From: Callorhinchus milii | Taxonomy: Eukaryota | Direction: 5' to 3' | Assembly: GCF_018977255.1 (NCBI RefSeq) | Contig: NW_024704743.1 | Location: forward strand, 109,618,001 to 109,682,000 | DNA: 64,000 nt | In this document: positions 36,813 to 49,352 of the stretch, one piece after another | Position numbering within the stretch: position 1 is the stretch's first letter | Layout: each line of letters opens with the position of its first letter | Made by a program: the position numbers and the translations under genes | Notes under the pieces: model-generated | Seen by the model: the letters and a program-made list of their open reading frames with translations, nothing else | Databases searched by the model: none | What the model was told of the DNA's origin: nothing

Positions 36813-38199
36813 CCGGTTTCTTCCACTATGAAACTCCCATCAAAAGTTTTCAGTACTGGGGAAAAGTGGTTTGCAAATTAGAACCTAATTTAAGACATTT
36901 TTTTCAAGATTCCGAACAAGATGAAATGTTAAGACAATGATCTTCAGGCTAAAATGATGAAGGATAGCAGTGATCTGAATGTGGAGCCTCAAACCATGTT
37001 ACAGGTGAAATTCCCTTCCTCTAACAGTGCAATGACTAGAATAACTGCAGTGCATATTGTATGTCACTGTCGAAACGGTTTATGTGCACACTAAGGATAG
37101 ACGTACTGAGAGTCAAAAGATAATTAGTAACTCGTGATTTATTCACATTTTAGGAATAGGTCTGCAATGTTAAACACAATAGCAATTTTAAATATACGTT
37201 ACTCTCTTGGATGTGATTAACACAACTATAGATCACTTCATAACCATCCTTGCATCCAATACAACATTGTTAAAGTCTGAGCGCTTCACCAGGGAATTAT
37301 AATAATATTGTAATAACAAAACTCCTTGCATTTGATATAGGGCCTTATCATATCAAAATGTGTGAAAGCTCTTCACAGGATATTATCGTATAAGTGTACA
37401 CTTAGTGTAAAATAAGTATCTGTATTTTGAGGCAAACATGGCATCCAATTTGCACAGCAATGTCCCACCAACAGCTTTGAAGTGAATGAGCAAATTTATC
37501 TAGGGCATTGTCGACCAGGAGACCAGGGAGAAATCGTAACCCTCTGTGTGAAGGGATGTTTTCAGATCTCGGTTCTAACATGTTTTAAGATTTGTGGGCT
37601 GAGTGATGTATCCCGATTGTAGCATTCTGTGATTCTAGGATGAGGGAGAGTGTAATCTGTACACCATGGGAGAGGATCTTATACACAGAAGAATTTCCCT
37701 AAACCATCTGAACTCATTTCATCACAATTCTGGATGAATGAGTTTTTTGGGCTGTGGTGTCTGATATACATCATAACCTGTTGATATGCTTCAGTCTCCA
37801 AAACCAAACTACAGAACAATATACATTTGAATGAAAATGTCTCTGTCTGGTATGAAGTTCATGCTTTCCATCCCCCTCTCCTTCACACCCTGCTCCTCTA
37901 ATCCCAGAAAGTTTAGCCTCAGGCTGGCGTAAGGCAAGGCTACGGGAACTTATATACAGACTTGTGGAACATGTGGAACAAGGAGTTTTTGAGACAAATA
38001 GCATAGGTAAATTTAAGCTAGATAGATGTGGGAGAAAGGAATACAAGGTTATGCTTGAAGGCTTAGTTGAGGAAGGGCAGGAGGAGGCTCATGTGGAGCA
38101 TAAACACCGGCATAGACCAGTTGGGTCGAATGGCCTGTTTCTGTGCTGTATATTCTAATGTATTCTAATGTAACTCCAGCGTTTGCATTGGGATGACTG

Positions 38200-38335
38200 G
38201 AGTTGAAACCTTGCAGCTTGCCACTACAAATACTGGCAAGCTTCCCACTGCGAGGACCGCACTCCCCATTAGGGCTTTGGCTTGCAGAGCTAACGGGAGC
38301 TGAGAGGGAAGAATCCCTGCCCACAGAAAAGTGAC
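38200..38335. repeat. Unclassified hairpin-bearing repeat (homologous to 570-830 and 53080-53160)
   Basis: Stem AGCTTGCCA-N10-TGGCAAGCT, then TCCCACTGC..CATTAGGGCTTTGGCTTGCAG. Confidence 0.65.
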
Positions 38336-38694
38336 TAGATAGGGACAGAAATGCATCTACAGAAACAAAGCTCCGCGAATGAGTTTCTTTTAATGAAATA
38401 AACACTTTGATTGATACTGCACTTATCATGTGGGGAGGACATCCCAAAGTACTTCAGAGGATTTACTGTAAACTGTACTGAATGTGTAAATTGTAGGCGA
38501 ATGCAGCAGCCAAGTTTGTGCACAGCAATTTCCCACAAATCACCATGAAGTGAACAGATGATGATGGAAGAGATAGGCTCGCAGAGCCCGGTGCGGGAGA
38601 GAAAGCTGGACAGTAACAGGAAGAAGTGGGCCACCTAGTATCAGTAACATATCGGGAGGAATTGTTCTCAGGTTCACTTTCACTATCCCATTTA

Positions 38695-39016
38695 TGGAGT
38701 CCTGTAGCTCAGTGGTTAGAGCACTCGCTTTGCGAGCAAGAGACCTGAGTTCAATTCCAGGCAGGGCGAAACCTTGGGCAAGTTTCCTTACTCCACACAC
38801 CTAATAATAATCCCTCCAAAAACCAAAAATAATAATTAATTTGGTCATTTTCAATCCACGACTGTTTGTGGGACATTGCTGTGCGCAATTGGCTGCCGCG
38901 TTCGTCCACAAATATGCAGTCAATTCACTTTACAGTGTGTTCTGTGAAGCGCTTTGGGGCATCCTCCCAACGTGAAAAACGCTATATCAAATGTAAGGAT
39001 TATTATTATTATTATT
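38695..39016 (+). mobile_element. Full-length tRNA-Ala-like SINE (short form)
   Basis: Pol III A box (TAGCTCAGTGG) and B-box-like AGTTCAATTCC, TGC anticodon loop, (TTA)n tail. Confidence 0.95.
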
Positions 39017-40439
39017 TAGCATCTCACATTCTGCTATCAGGTTCCCCTCTGATACATCTCTTTCCAAGGCGAGAGAAAGACTACTCTGATTGCTTTGTTA
39101 TCTGTGTGTGTTTATCTACATGAGGAGTTATTACATGTCACAGTAAATTACTGGGGAAGAAAATCACAAAGGGAATGATTTATACAGCGCAGGCTTCCAA
39201 CACCTGTAGACTCCGTAAAGAATCTTAACAGTTTGCATTAAAGAGGTATCATTGAATACGTTTCTTTGTGTTTGAATTTCACCAGAAGTACTTCCCCATG
39301 TCATAACTCATGCATTCAGAAATAAAACCAGCAGAAGACAATTCTTTCAAAAAGGGGTTTGACCTGTGGCCATGTCGCTTAATAACCAGATGAAATCTTA
39401 ATTTGAAACCATTCAATTGGATATTCTATCATTGATTCAATCCCCTGTTTATGATGTTCAAGAGGATTAAACACATATTCTGAATTTACACTCTTCACAG
39501 ACAAAGTGTGCAAAGCAACAATGCTCCCAGCGGGAGTTTAGAGAAATAGCAGGAATAAAACAACACAAATTTAATAAAGGAGTCAGGCTGTAAAGCACCC
39601 AAGGCGAACACTTTTGTTTCGTCAGCCACTCTTCTGACACACAAGGATTATCAATCGCCATACTTACAATACTAATTCAATTTCATTTATAGAGGATCTT
39701 GCACGTCGGGAGAATATCTCAAAGCAGGGCTGGATGGGCATCTGAGCAAAGAGTGCTTAAGAGTATCCAAACCAAACTGCTGAGAGTTTCACATATTGTA
39801 TGGAAATTTCCTTGTATCTGATATGGAGCCCGCACTCTCTCTCTCCCTCTGTCTCCCCAGCTGGATATACACCCTTCTGAAATATTCCCAGAAAGTATCA
39901 GATTACAATCTAATTTAATTTATATAGCACTTTTTACATGAAGGATGTTTCAAAGAGCTTGACACTGGCTTAGCACCCAAACTGAGAATGGGAGCCAAAG
40001 TGGGTGAGGAGTGGAAAGGTTGCAGTTTGGCCTGGATATTTATGTGCAAGTTATAATAATAATAATAATAATAATCATTGCATTTGATATAGCATCTTAT
40101 CATGTCTTCGAGATGTCTCAAAGCGCTTCACAGGAAAGTGTAGTGACTGTATGTTTTGTGGGGGAAAGTTGGTAAGAGCCAAGGCTTTTATTCAAAGCAT
40201 ATCTTTACATATCAATGCAATAATATTGTGGATCAAAAGGTTCTCTACTGTGGCTTAGATTGCCTCATTGCAAACCTACAAGTAAAAAAACACAAATGTA
40301 TGAAGATTGCAGTTGGTTTATTACCTGCAATATCAATGAATCCACTGAGAGGCGCAATTGCCCCCCTCGTGTGAGTTTACTGTATATTGTGAGGTTTGGG
40401 GTTTTGATGGCAGAATAAGGCTGTACAACAATTAAACAA

Positions 40440-40925
40440 GCTAGTTTTCTTCAGTCTTGAGAGAAGACGTCTCTGACAGGACGTTGTAGAGATGTATTCA
40501 ATTTTATATGGAACTGAAAATGTAAACTCAGAACAATACTTTCAGATGTACTAAGACAATAAAACAAGAGGGAGAGATTTGGGGTTGCAAAGGCTAATCT
40601 CAGGACAGGAAATATTTCTTTACCCAGAAGGTAATTAGCAACTGGAACAGTGATTGAGGCCAGGACGGTGTGATGGAAAGACAGTCTTGGGATTTGAACC
40701 AAAACAGGTGTTCAAAAAGAGACATGAGTTTCTCCCGGTATCCTAGAACATAAGAACATAAAAACATAAGAATTAGGAGCAAGAGTAGGCCATTTGGCCC
40801 CTCGAGCCTGCCCTGCCATTCAATAAGATCATGGCTGATCTATTCTAACTCCACCTACCCACCTTATCCCCATATCCCTTAATCCCTTTATCCACAAGAA
40901 ATCTATCAATCTCAGTCTTGAATAT
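40440..40925. mobile_element. Old CR1 3' fragment (+) followed by a CR1 3' terminus (-, from about 40745)
   Basis: LFSLERRRL..RKYFFTQKV, then AGAACATAAG repeats and GAGTAGGCCATT. Confidence 0.75.
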
Positions 40926-41849
40926 GTTATCTCCTCGATAAAATGAGTCTTTCACTTCATGGCTGCATGTGGGACATTGCTATACACAAATTGGCTGCCG
41001 CTTTTGTCTACAAAATACACAGTCACTATTTTTCAGTAAACCCATGAAGGGCTTTGAGATGTTTTATTGACATAATGCACTCTATCAAATGCAAGGATTA
41101 CTATTGTTAATAAGTCAAACTTCAATTTTTGCTGGGCTCATCTAAGTGAAGACAGTATGAGTTAGAAGGGATGAGGGGCAATGCTTTTGATGGGAGAGTA
41201 AAGAAACTGAAGAGGGAAGGTTGAGAGAAGATAACAACTTGCTTATGTGCTGCGCCTTTCTCGTAGGATAATGTTCATCAAGATGGATATGGACAACGAT
41301 CAGAGAGGAGGGGGAGTGCAAGGGTGGTGCCATGGAAAGTCAAGATTCATCCACGGTCAACCTGTCACCCAGGCACATGGACCATAATGGCCTTTTATGA
41401 TCCCCTATAATCCAATGTTATATAAAAATACTTAATAATTATTTTTTTTAAAAAGAGTGCAGTATATCTTAGTTTGCGGGAGCATTACCTTCAAAATAAT
41501 GATGCTGAATAATTAATAACTAGGAGTATATTTTTAATGTCTGTTAATGTAAAAGAGGTGAAAAAAACATGTCTGCCATGACACATGTTCTCTTTAAGTT
41601 CCTAAAGTAAAAGCTCTGGATATCTTGAAAAGAAATTGTTGTGCTGACATGATAGAAACGTTGTTAAGATGAATTACGTTCAATATTCTAATAAGGAAGT
41701 ACAGACACGGGCTGTGGAAAACATTGCACGTAGTCAATAGCTGTCACTAGCTTTTACTTCAGATGAGGCATTAAACCGACCTGGTCCCAGCTCTTCAGGT
41801 GGATGTTAAAGATCCTGTGGCGCGATTAAAAAAGAGAACAGAGGAAATG

Positions 41850-42180
41850 CGGCTTTTCTGTTGGAATCAAGAAAGTTGTGGGGGGACCTGATAGAGAGGT
41901 CTTTAAAATTCTGAGGGGGTTTTCATAGTCAATAGAGAGAAATTGTTTCCACTGATGGGTGACTCAATAATTAGAGGGCATCAGTTTAAGTTTGTTAGCA
42001 AATGAGCATATGGGGCATTTAGAATTTTTTCACGAAGAGTAGTTAGGTTATGAAATGCCCTGCTGGGAGCGGTGATCCAGGCAGAATCTATATTAGTTTT
42101 CAAAAAGTAACTAGATAAATCTCCAAAAACGAGTAAGGGCAGGTAAATAGGACTGAAAGGATTACCCTTTAAAAGAGTTA
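41850..42180 (+). mobile_element. CR1 3' fragment
   Basis: GDLIE.FKILRG..EKLFPL..RGHQFK..RIFFT-like sequence. Confidence 0.7.
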
Positions 42181-42465
42181 GCACAGACACAAGGGAAGGG
42201 GTGAGTCAACGGGATCCTGGGATGGAGTTCAGAGTTTGGAGACAGATACACTGAAAGCACGACCACCGATGGTGGGCTGGTGTTCACTGAGCAGACACAA
42301 TAGCCAGTTGAACTGTCAACTGGTGTTCCAACAAAACCTTGGGTTGAGGTCTGATACAACTCAGCAGAGCCACCAGGTGGAATAGTAGTGGGACTTTGGA
42401 CTTTACATAGAAACGACAGCACAGAACCTGGCCATTCAGGCCATTAGGCTGCACCCGTCTTTGGA

Positions 42466-42778
42466 GAAAGTTCTGTAACTCAGTGGTTAGAGCACTCGCT
42501 TTACAAGTGAGAGACCTGGGTTCGATTCCCCGCAGGGTGTAAACCTTGGGCAAGTTTCCTTACCCAAAGATCCTGATAATAATCCCTCAAAAAAAAAACA
42601 ATAATAAATTGGTCATTTCAATCCACAATTATTTGTGGGACGCTGCTCTGCGCAATTGGCTGCCACATTTCGCCCACAAATATACAGTCAATTCACTTTA
42701 CAGTCTATTCTGTGAAGCGCTTTGAGACGTCTAGAAGATGTGAAAAGAGCTATATCAAATGCAACAATTATTATTATG
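42466..42778 (+). mobile_element. tRNA-SINE (short form)
   Basis: CTGTAACTCAGTGGTTAGAGCACTCGC head and ATCAAATGCAA tail. Confidence 0.9.
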
Positions 42779-42935
42779 ATTCCACCCCTTCCTTACCTCC
42801 TCTTCCCTAGCCTCCCCCATATGCCACTATTCCCTTATCTCTCATATATGCAAAATCTTAAATCTAAAGACAAAATGGTGGGGCGGTCAGGTGGGGCGGG
42901 GGAGTGGGTGAGGGTTGGGAGTTCCACCTGGATGT

Positions 42936-43280
42936 ATAATAATAATCCTTGCATTTGATATAAAGCTTTTCACGTCTTCTAGATGTCACAAAACACTTCA
43001 CAGAATACACTGTAAAGTGAATTGACTGTATATTTTGTGGGCAGTCAATTGAGCACAGCAGTGTCCCACAAATTGAGTGACCATATTCTTCTTATTATTT
43101 TTGTTTGAGGGATTATTATCCCCGGAAAATCTATCTGCCAATCGACTAACAACCTACTGCTAGGTAAACAGAGGCATGTGGAGTGAGGAAACTTGCCCAA
43201 CATTTTGCCCTGTTGGGAATAGAACCCAGAACTCTCGCTTGCGAGGCGAGTACTCTAACTATTGAACTACTGATTCCACA
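42936..43280 (-). mobile_element. tRNA-SINE (long form)
   Basis: TAATAATAATCCTTGCATTTGAT tail, with the reverse head ending at about 43280. Confidence 0.9.
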
Positions 43281-45134
43281 GAGTAAATAGATTTAATCTA
43301 TCTATGTAAAAAAAAGCTTCAAAATGTGTTCAATGTAGACCAAAGTGGAGTACCCTCCCATTAAGGTGCTGGGTGGCATTGTGGGCTGGGAGCATTGCAA
43401 ATCAAGCACTGGCTCCATTTACACACACTCCTACAAGCAGTGATACTGTCCATGATTTGTCTACAAGTGCCTTCAATTGCGTGTTGTGATGGTAAAGCAT
43501 TTGTCTGCTTTTTAGTCCTCAGAGTAATTACAGGGCAATGAAAATTAGTTTGACTGGGTTAAAATTTGTCAATAGCAAAGCCTTGATTTCAATAACATCA
43601 GCAAGTCTTGGAAACTAATCAGCAGTCGACACGTTTTGTTTGATGTTGTAATACTAATAATCCTTGCATATGACAGAACAGTTTCAAATCAGGAGAATGT
43701 CCCAAAGTGCTTTACAGGATACACTGTAAAATGTAGTGACTGTAACGTGTTATGCTCTTTGGAAAACATGGCAGCCAATTTAGCTGGGCAGAAACAAATT
43801 GCTGGGAAAACAACTGGTCTGTGGGAATGTTGGTTCCAAATGATACCTGCCAATGATTGGGGCTGAGTGTGTGTGTGGGGGGTGGAGAATGGATATGAAG
43901 CAGCCTGATTTGTGGAGCAGGGGAAAGGCAGTGTCCAAGGGACTAGACTAGAACTAGGGGATGATCTCACTGAGATCCCCTGAACTGTACCAAATGTTTA
44001 CGGATATTTATTATTTCTACAACAAACATTATAATAATCCTTGCATTTGATATAGCGCTTTTCACGTCTTCTAGACATCCCAAAGCGCTTCACAGAATAT
44101 ACTGTAAAGTGAATTGACTGTATATTTGTGGGCGAACTTATAATGTATTAGTGTGACAAACCGCTAAGTCATGGCCAAAGACATGTTCGAAGAGGTTGGT
44201 CTTTTGGTGGGTTTTGAAAGTGAAGAGGGAGGGGACATGAAGGAGGGAAATTTGAAGAGTGCCTAGTGGTGTTGGTGTGGGGGGAAAGAGAGTGCCAGAG
44301 GCTGGAAAGCTCACCTATTAATGACAGGAAATGGGATATGAAGCAGTTCTGAGTTTGTGGAATGAAGGGAGAGTACTGTGTAGCCCATTCTATTTCCATT
44401 CAGTATCTACAGAAGCGTCATGTTATGGCCTGGCTTTAGAGCGTTTGAAGGGGTCACTGGGTCCCTGGAGTAGTCTGAAGTTCCATTGAATCAGCACTGA
44501 CATCCATCAACATGACCCAATGGAAAATTCACCTGAAAATACAGATTAAAAGAAAAAGAAAGCAGCTGTTCACTAATACTGACCTTCTCTGAGGCTTTCT
44601 GACTTAAACGCCTTATAAATTTTAAACCACTTACATGTTTTCGAGCTGGAGTAGTCTATATCCTGCTCATAGCTCCAAGGTAAATTAAATATTGAATGTC
44701 TTTCGGAGCACACTTCACACGAGCGATTCAAAGGCTTTTCAATGAGATGGATTCCTCGGAGGACTACTTTATTGGAGTTTTTTCCCCATTTCTTTCTACT
44801 CTCTCTCTGTTGTTGGGATTCTATTAGCTGCGAAGTGTTCGTAACCCTGGGCCACAAACCATTAAACCAACTGGGATGAAATGTACAACTCAATCTGCTC
44901 CTGTAAGATGTATTCTGTGAGGTGACTTGGAGGAACGGCTGGATAGAAGGGACAAATGCTTCTACTCACCCACCTTGTACACCCCCAGTCAATAACATGG
45001 ACTAGGTCATTGAACCTGTTCAGCTATTTTATTACATCATGACTGATTGTTTAATCCTATTTCCCCATTCTTTCGCCCCTTAGCTTTCTTGCTTCCCAAG
45101 TATCTATCCAACTTCTTTTTAAACATCCCACAAT

Positions 45135-45335
45135 CCTGTGCAGTGCTACATTGTTAGAGGTGCCATCCCTTAAATGAGATTTTAAGATGAAGTCCCGTCT
45201 GTCTGTTCAAGCAGATGTTAAGGATCTTGTGGCACTATTTCAAAAATGAAAAAGAGCTTTTCCTCATGTTCCTCAACAGACACCCAAATAAAATTGGTCA
45301 TTCACTTCATGGCTGTCTGTGAGGCATTGCTACAT
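45135..45335 (+). mobile_element. DeuSINE-like core fragment
   Basis: GTGCTACATTGTTAGAGGTGCC..GTCTGTTCA..GGCACTATTT..AAATTGGTCATTCAC. Confidence 0.7.
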
Positions 45336-45353
45336 TTGGGAAAGAGCGGGGAT

Positions 45354-45725
45354 TAATAATAATAAATAATAATAATCCTTAGATTTGATATAGTACCTTA
45401 TCACATTGTTGAGACATCTCAAAAGCTTTACGAAATATACTGTAAAGTGAATTGGCTGTATATTTTGTGGGCAAAATGCGTCTGCTAAATGTGCACAGCA
45501 GTGTCCCACAAACTGTCATGGTTTGAATGACCAATTTTTTTAAGGGATTATTATCCCCGGAAAGCAATTCACCAATCGACTAACTGAGTTCCTACTTATT
45601 GTTAAGTAAACAGAGGCATTTGGAGTAAGGAAACTTGCCTAAGATTTCGCCCTGCTCGGGGAATCAAACCTGAGTCTTCTCGCTTGCGAGGCGAGTGATG
45701 TAACCAGTAAGTTACAGCACTCCAC
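45354..45725 (-). mobile_element. tRNA-SINE (long form)
   Basis: Reverse complement of the family consensus from head to tail. Confidence 0.9.
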
Positions 45726-46281
45726 TTAAAGTAGAGAGCTCAAGTGAAGGAGCGAACACCTACACAGACACAAATGGGTAAGAGCAGAACGGAATTATAT
45801 TACATAGCTCCAGTGGAGGAGCGAGCACTAGCACTGACACAATGGGCAAAGGAATGGGATTCAAATGTAAACTCTTACCGAGGAGCTGGCACCAGAATCA
45901 TGTGCCAAATGGTCCTCCCCAGTGTTGTCATTTTGAAGATCTTTGACCCTATCATTGGCTTCGGGAGGCACTTTATTGTAAAGAGATTTGAGTGTCAGGC
46001 ATCTGGGGCTGTTGATTAAACAGTCAATTTTCCTTGATTAACAAATTTGTGGTCATTAATTAACGCGGTCATTTTACGTGCCTTATACATACAGCCTAGT
46101 TAGAAGATTTTTATAAATTAAACATAGCGGGAGCTTCTGTTACAAATTATGTATTAACATTATTCAATGTTTAACAGTTGAGAACCAAACTTCCTTTTCA
46201 GCCGGAGATGCAGTCATTTATTTTATTATATGTCATCTGCAAAACAGACAGGAAATTTCAACTTTGCACAACCACATTAAT

Positions 46282-46680
46282 AATAACAATCCTTGCAGTT
46301 ATTATGGCACCTTATTATGGCACCTTTCACGTCAAGAGCACTTCACAGAATTTGCTATAAAATTTAGTGATTGTATTTTGTTGTACACTGGCAATTTGTG
46401 CAAAGCAAAGCCTCACAAATAGCCATGAAGTGATTGATCAATTTTATTTTTGCGCATTGTTGGCTAGGAAACCAGGAGAAACTCCTTTCTCTTTTCAAGT
46501 AGTGCCATGGGATCTTTAATCTTAAGCCGAGGTCCCATCTGCCTGTTCAGGTGAAAGTTAAAGATCCCATGGCACAATTCAAAAAAAAAGGTAATTTCTC
46601 CCGCTGTCATGGCCAACAGTCCCCCAGAAAAAAATTGGTCCCACAAAATACACAGTTAATCCACTTTACAGTATATCGTC
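46282..46680. mobile_element. Fold-back pair of DeuSINE-like 3' halves
   Basis: Perfect 18-bp inverted repeat GTGCCATGGGATCTTTAA (46502-46519) / TTAAAGATCCCATGGCAC (46558-46575), extending imperfectly outward. Confidence 0.8.
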
Positions 46681-47041
46681 GAGTACTGTAGCTCAGAGGT
46701 AAGAGAGGCAAGCGAGAGACCTATTTCCCAGCATGGCGAAACGTTGGGCAAGTTTCCACACTGCACACGCCTCTGTTTATCCAGCTGTAAGTAGGAACCC
46801 GGTTGTTAGTTAATTGGCAGATCGCTTTTCCGGGGGTAATAATTCCTTCAAAAATAATAATAATAAATAAATAAATAAATTGGTCACTCAATCCATGACT
46901 GTTTGTGACTCACTGCTGCGCGCCACTGACTGCCACGTTTCACCCACGAAATATACAGTCAATTCACTTGACAGTATAACGCTTTGAAACATCTCGTGAT
47001 GAGATGATTTATCAAGTGCAAGGATTATTATTATTATTATT
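46681..47041 (+). mobile_element. tRNA-SINE (long form)
   Basis: GAGTACTGTAGCTCAG head, GTAAGTAGGAACCCGGTTGTTAG centre and (TTA)n tail. Confidence 0.9.
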
Positions 47042-49033
47042 CTATCGTGTGAAGCGATTTGATAAGGCTTGTTCTGCTCCCTTACAATCTTGATGGGCTG
47101 AATGATCTGTTTCTATGTTGAAGCCACTATTCTGCTGCAAATTTCAATTAAAAAATGTAATTAATTCCTATTAAAAATTTCTAGGTTGCAAGCATTTAAT
47201 GTGGGGCCTGAAGGGGATTTTGACATATTTTTAAATAGCCTCATATCCATTGCCTTGAAGTTGCTGACTGCTAATCAGTCCACCCACATTTCTATGCCCA
47301 TTTCTGTCTCAACATACAAGAAGGAGATTGCTTCTCTGTGTGTTTCCACTATAGAAATCTTTTATCTTTCATATACCTGTCTATTTCCCTCTTGAAATTG
47401 ACAATCGATTCTGCCTGCTCCCAGTGAGGCCATTTGCTGATAATACCAAAATTATCTTTTGTCTAAATATGCAATACTATTTTTTACAATTGATTGAACA
47501 TCATAATAGGGGATTTCTGTGAAGGGGTTTAATTGTGTTTCTAGGAAAATGTGGCAACCAACTTACCCACAAGCAGCCATGATCAATCTTATAGGATTTT
47601 TGGCTAGAACCCCGGGAGAGAGAAAACTCCCTTCCCTCTTCAAACAGGATCTTTCATGTCCATCTGAAAAGGCAGATGAGACCTTGGTTTAATGTCTCCC
47701 CAAAAGACGGCACCTCCAACAATGTAGCTTATAAGCACATTATCATGTGAGGTATCACATTTGTTGCCCCAGAGAGTAAAAACAGTCAAATAATGTGAAG
47801 AGGACCATTGAAAATTTTGCCTCTGAGTCAGAAGATTGTGACTTCAATGCAGAGAGCAGCAGTCCATGAATGGCAGAACCACAAAAGCACCCAACAACAA
47901 TAATAATAATATTAATAATCCTTGCATTTGATATAGTGCCTTATCACGTCTTCAAGACCTCTCAAACCCGCTTCACAGAATATACCGTAAATTGAATTGA
48001 CTATATTTTGTGGGCAAAACGCGGCATCCAATCGTGCATGGCAGTGTCCCACAAACAGAAATAGATTAAGAATAAGAGGAGGGAAATAACTGAAGCGGCA
48101 GAACTTTCATAAATTGGCAAAAAGAATTACATAGTGAATAATTCACCAATTAACTTAAAGTACGTGTGGGCCCTGACAGCGAACTGAGGCAATGCAAAAG
48201 CAGAAAGTTGAAAGCAAGACAAGAGACTGAGACAAAGCTACTGGGATAGAGGATAGTGTGTGTGTGTGTGTGTGTGCGCGTTTGTTGGGGGTGGGATGGG
48301 GAACGGCCTGTTTTGAGATATTCTCAAATCCTATCCGTTCTTTTCCGGCAAATTGTTGTGTGAAAATTGGCCACCATGTATGCCTAAAACATACACAGTC
48401 ACCACTTTACAATTGAGTAACCATATTTTGTAAACCAAACCCAGGGACACACACAAAAAAATTAACTTGCCATAATTCCTGGCAACACTGGAGAAGCTTG
48501 TTAGATTAATGGCTGTATTTCTCTGATGAGTGAATTTGTTTTATAATTTTATTCTCGTACAGTTTGTTGCTGAACTCAAGACAGGGCAAATTTGGCCAGG
48601 GACAAAATACGTCTTTGGGGATGTATGATCACCCTACTATACAATGAATCCTATGAAGCAACGTGAAATGCCCTTTCAACATGAAAGGTGTTATATTAAA
48701 TGCAAGAATTACATAATAACCTAGCTTTATTTTCAGGCTCATTTTTCTGTCCAGAAAAGGCATGAAAAAGTTTCAAATAAAGTCCCAGAGAGCGAAATCT
48801 TTTCCTTTATGCATTTTTTTTAGGAACTTGAAAGTCACATTTTTAAAATTCAAATCGCAGATCAAAAACCGCAATTAACTCAACAGATTTTTTTGTGTGA
48901 GGTGCTTAGTAAGCACATCTCTATTGTGTTGTACTTGTATAATGTCTTATCACGACTTTGCAACATATTAACAAGATTGTAAGATGTAGTGACTGGACAT
49001 TTGTTTTTTGAGCGCAGCAGCGAAGGGGACAAT

Positions 49034-49352
49034 ATCCTGTAGCTCAGTGGTTAGAGCACTCGCTTTGCAAGCGAGAGACCTGAGTTCAATTCCAGGCAGA
49101 GGGCGAAACCTTGGGCAAGTTTCCTTACTCCACACGCCTAATAATAATCCCTCCAAAACCAAAAACAATAATAAAAAAAATTGGTCATTTTCAATCTATG
49201 ACTGTTTGTGGGACATTGATGTGCGCAATTGGCTGCCGCTTTCGCCCACAAATATACAGTCAATTCACTTTACAGTGTGTTCTGTGAAGCGCTTTGGGAT
49301 GTCCTCCCGACGTGAAAAGCGCTATATCAAATGCAAGGATTATTATTATTAT
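49034..49352 (+). mobile_element. tRNA-Ala-like SINE (short form), young
   Basis: Highly similar to 38695-39016. Anticodon arm CTCGC-TTTGCAA-GCGAG. Confidence 0.95.

Noticed and set aside
38697..38768. tRNA-Ala(TGC)-like cloverleaf (also at 23577, 42470, 49034 and on the minus strand)
   Set aside because: It continues directly into the SINE body and tail in every copy and has mismatched stems. These are SINE heads, not tRNA genes.
38866..39123. Recurring ORFs ending KCKDYYYY or NARIIII
   Set aside because: These are translations of the SINE 3' end and (TTA)n tail.
42366..42385. CTCF-like GCCACCAGGTGG (and a reverse-strand CACGAGGGGGGCA at about 40359-40372)
   Set aside because: These are partial matches only and are expected by chance in 64 kb without ChIP data.
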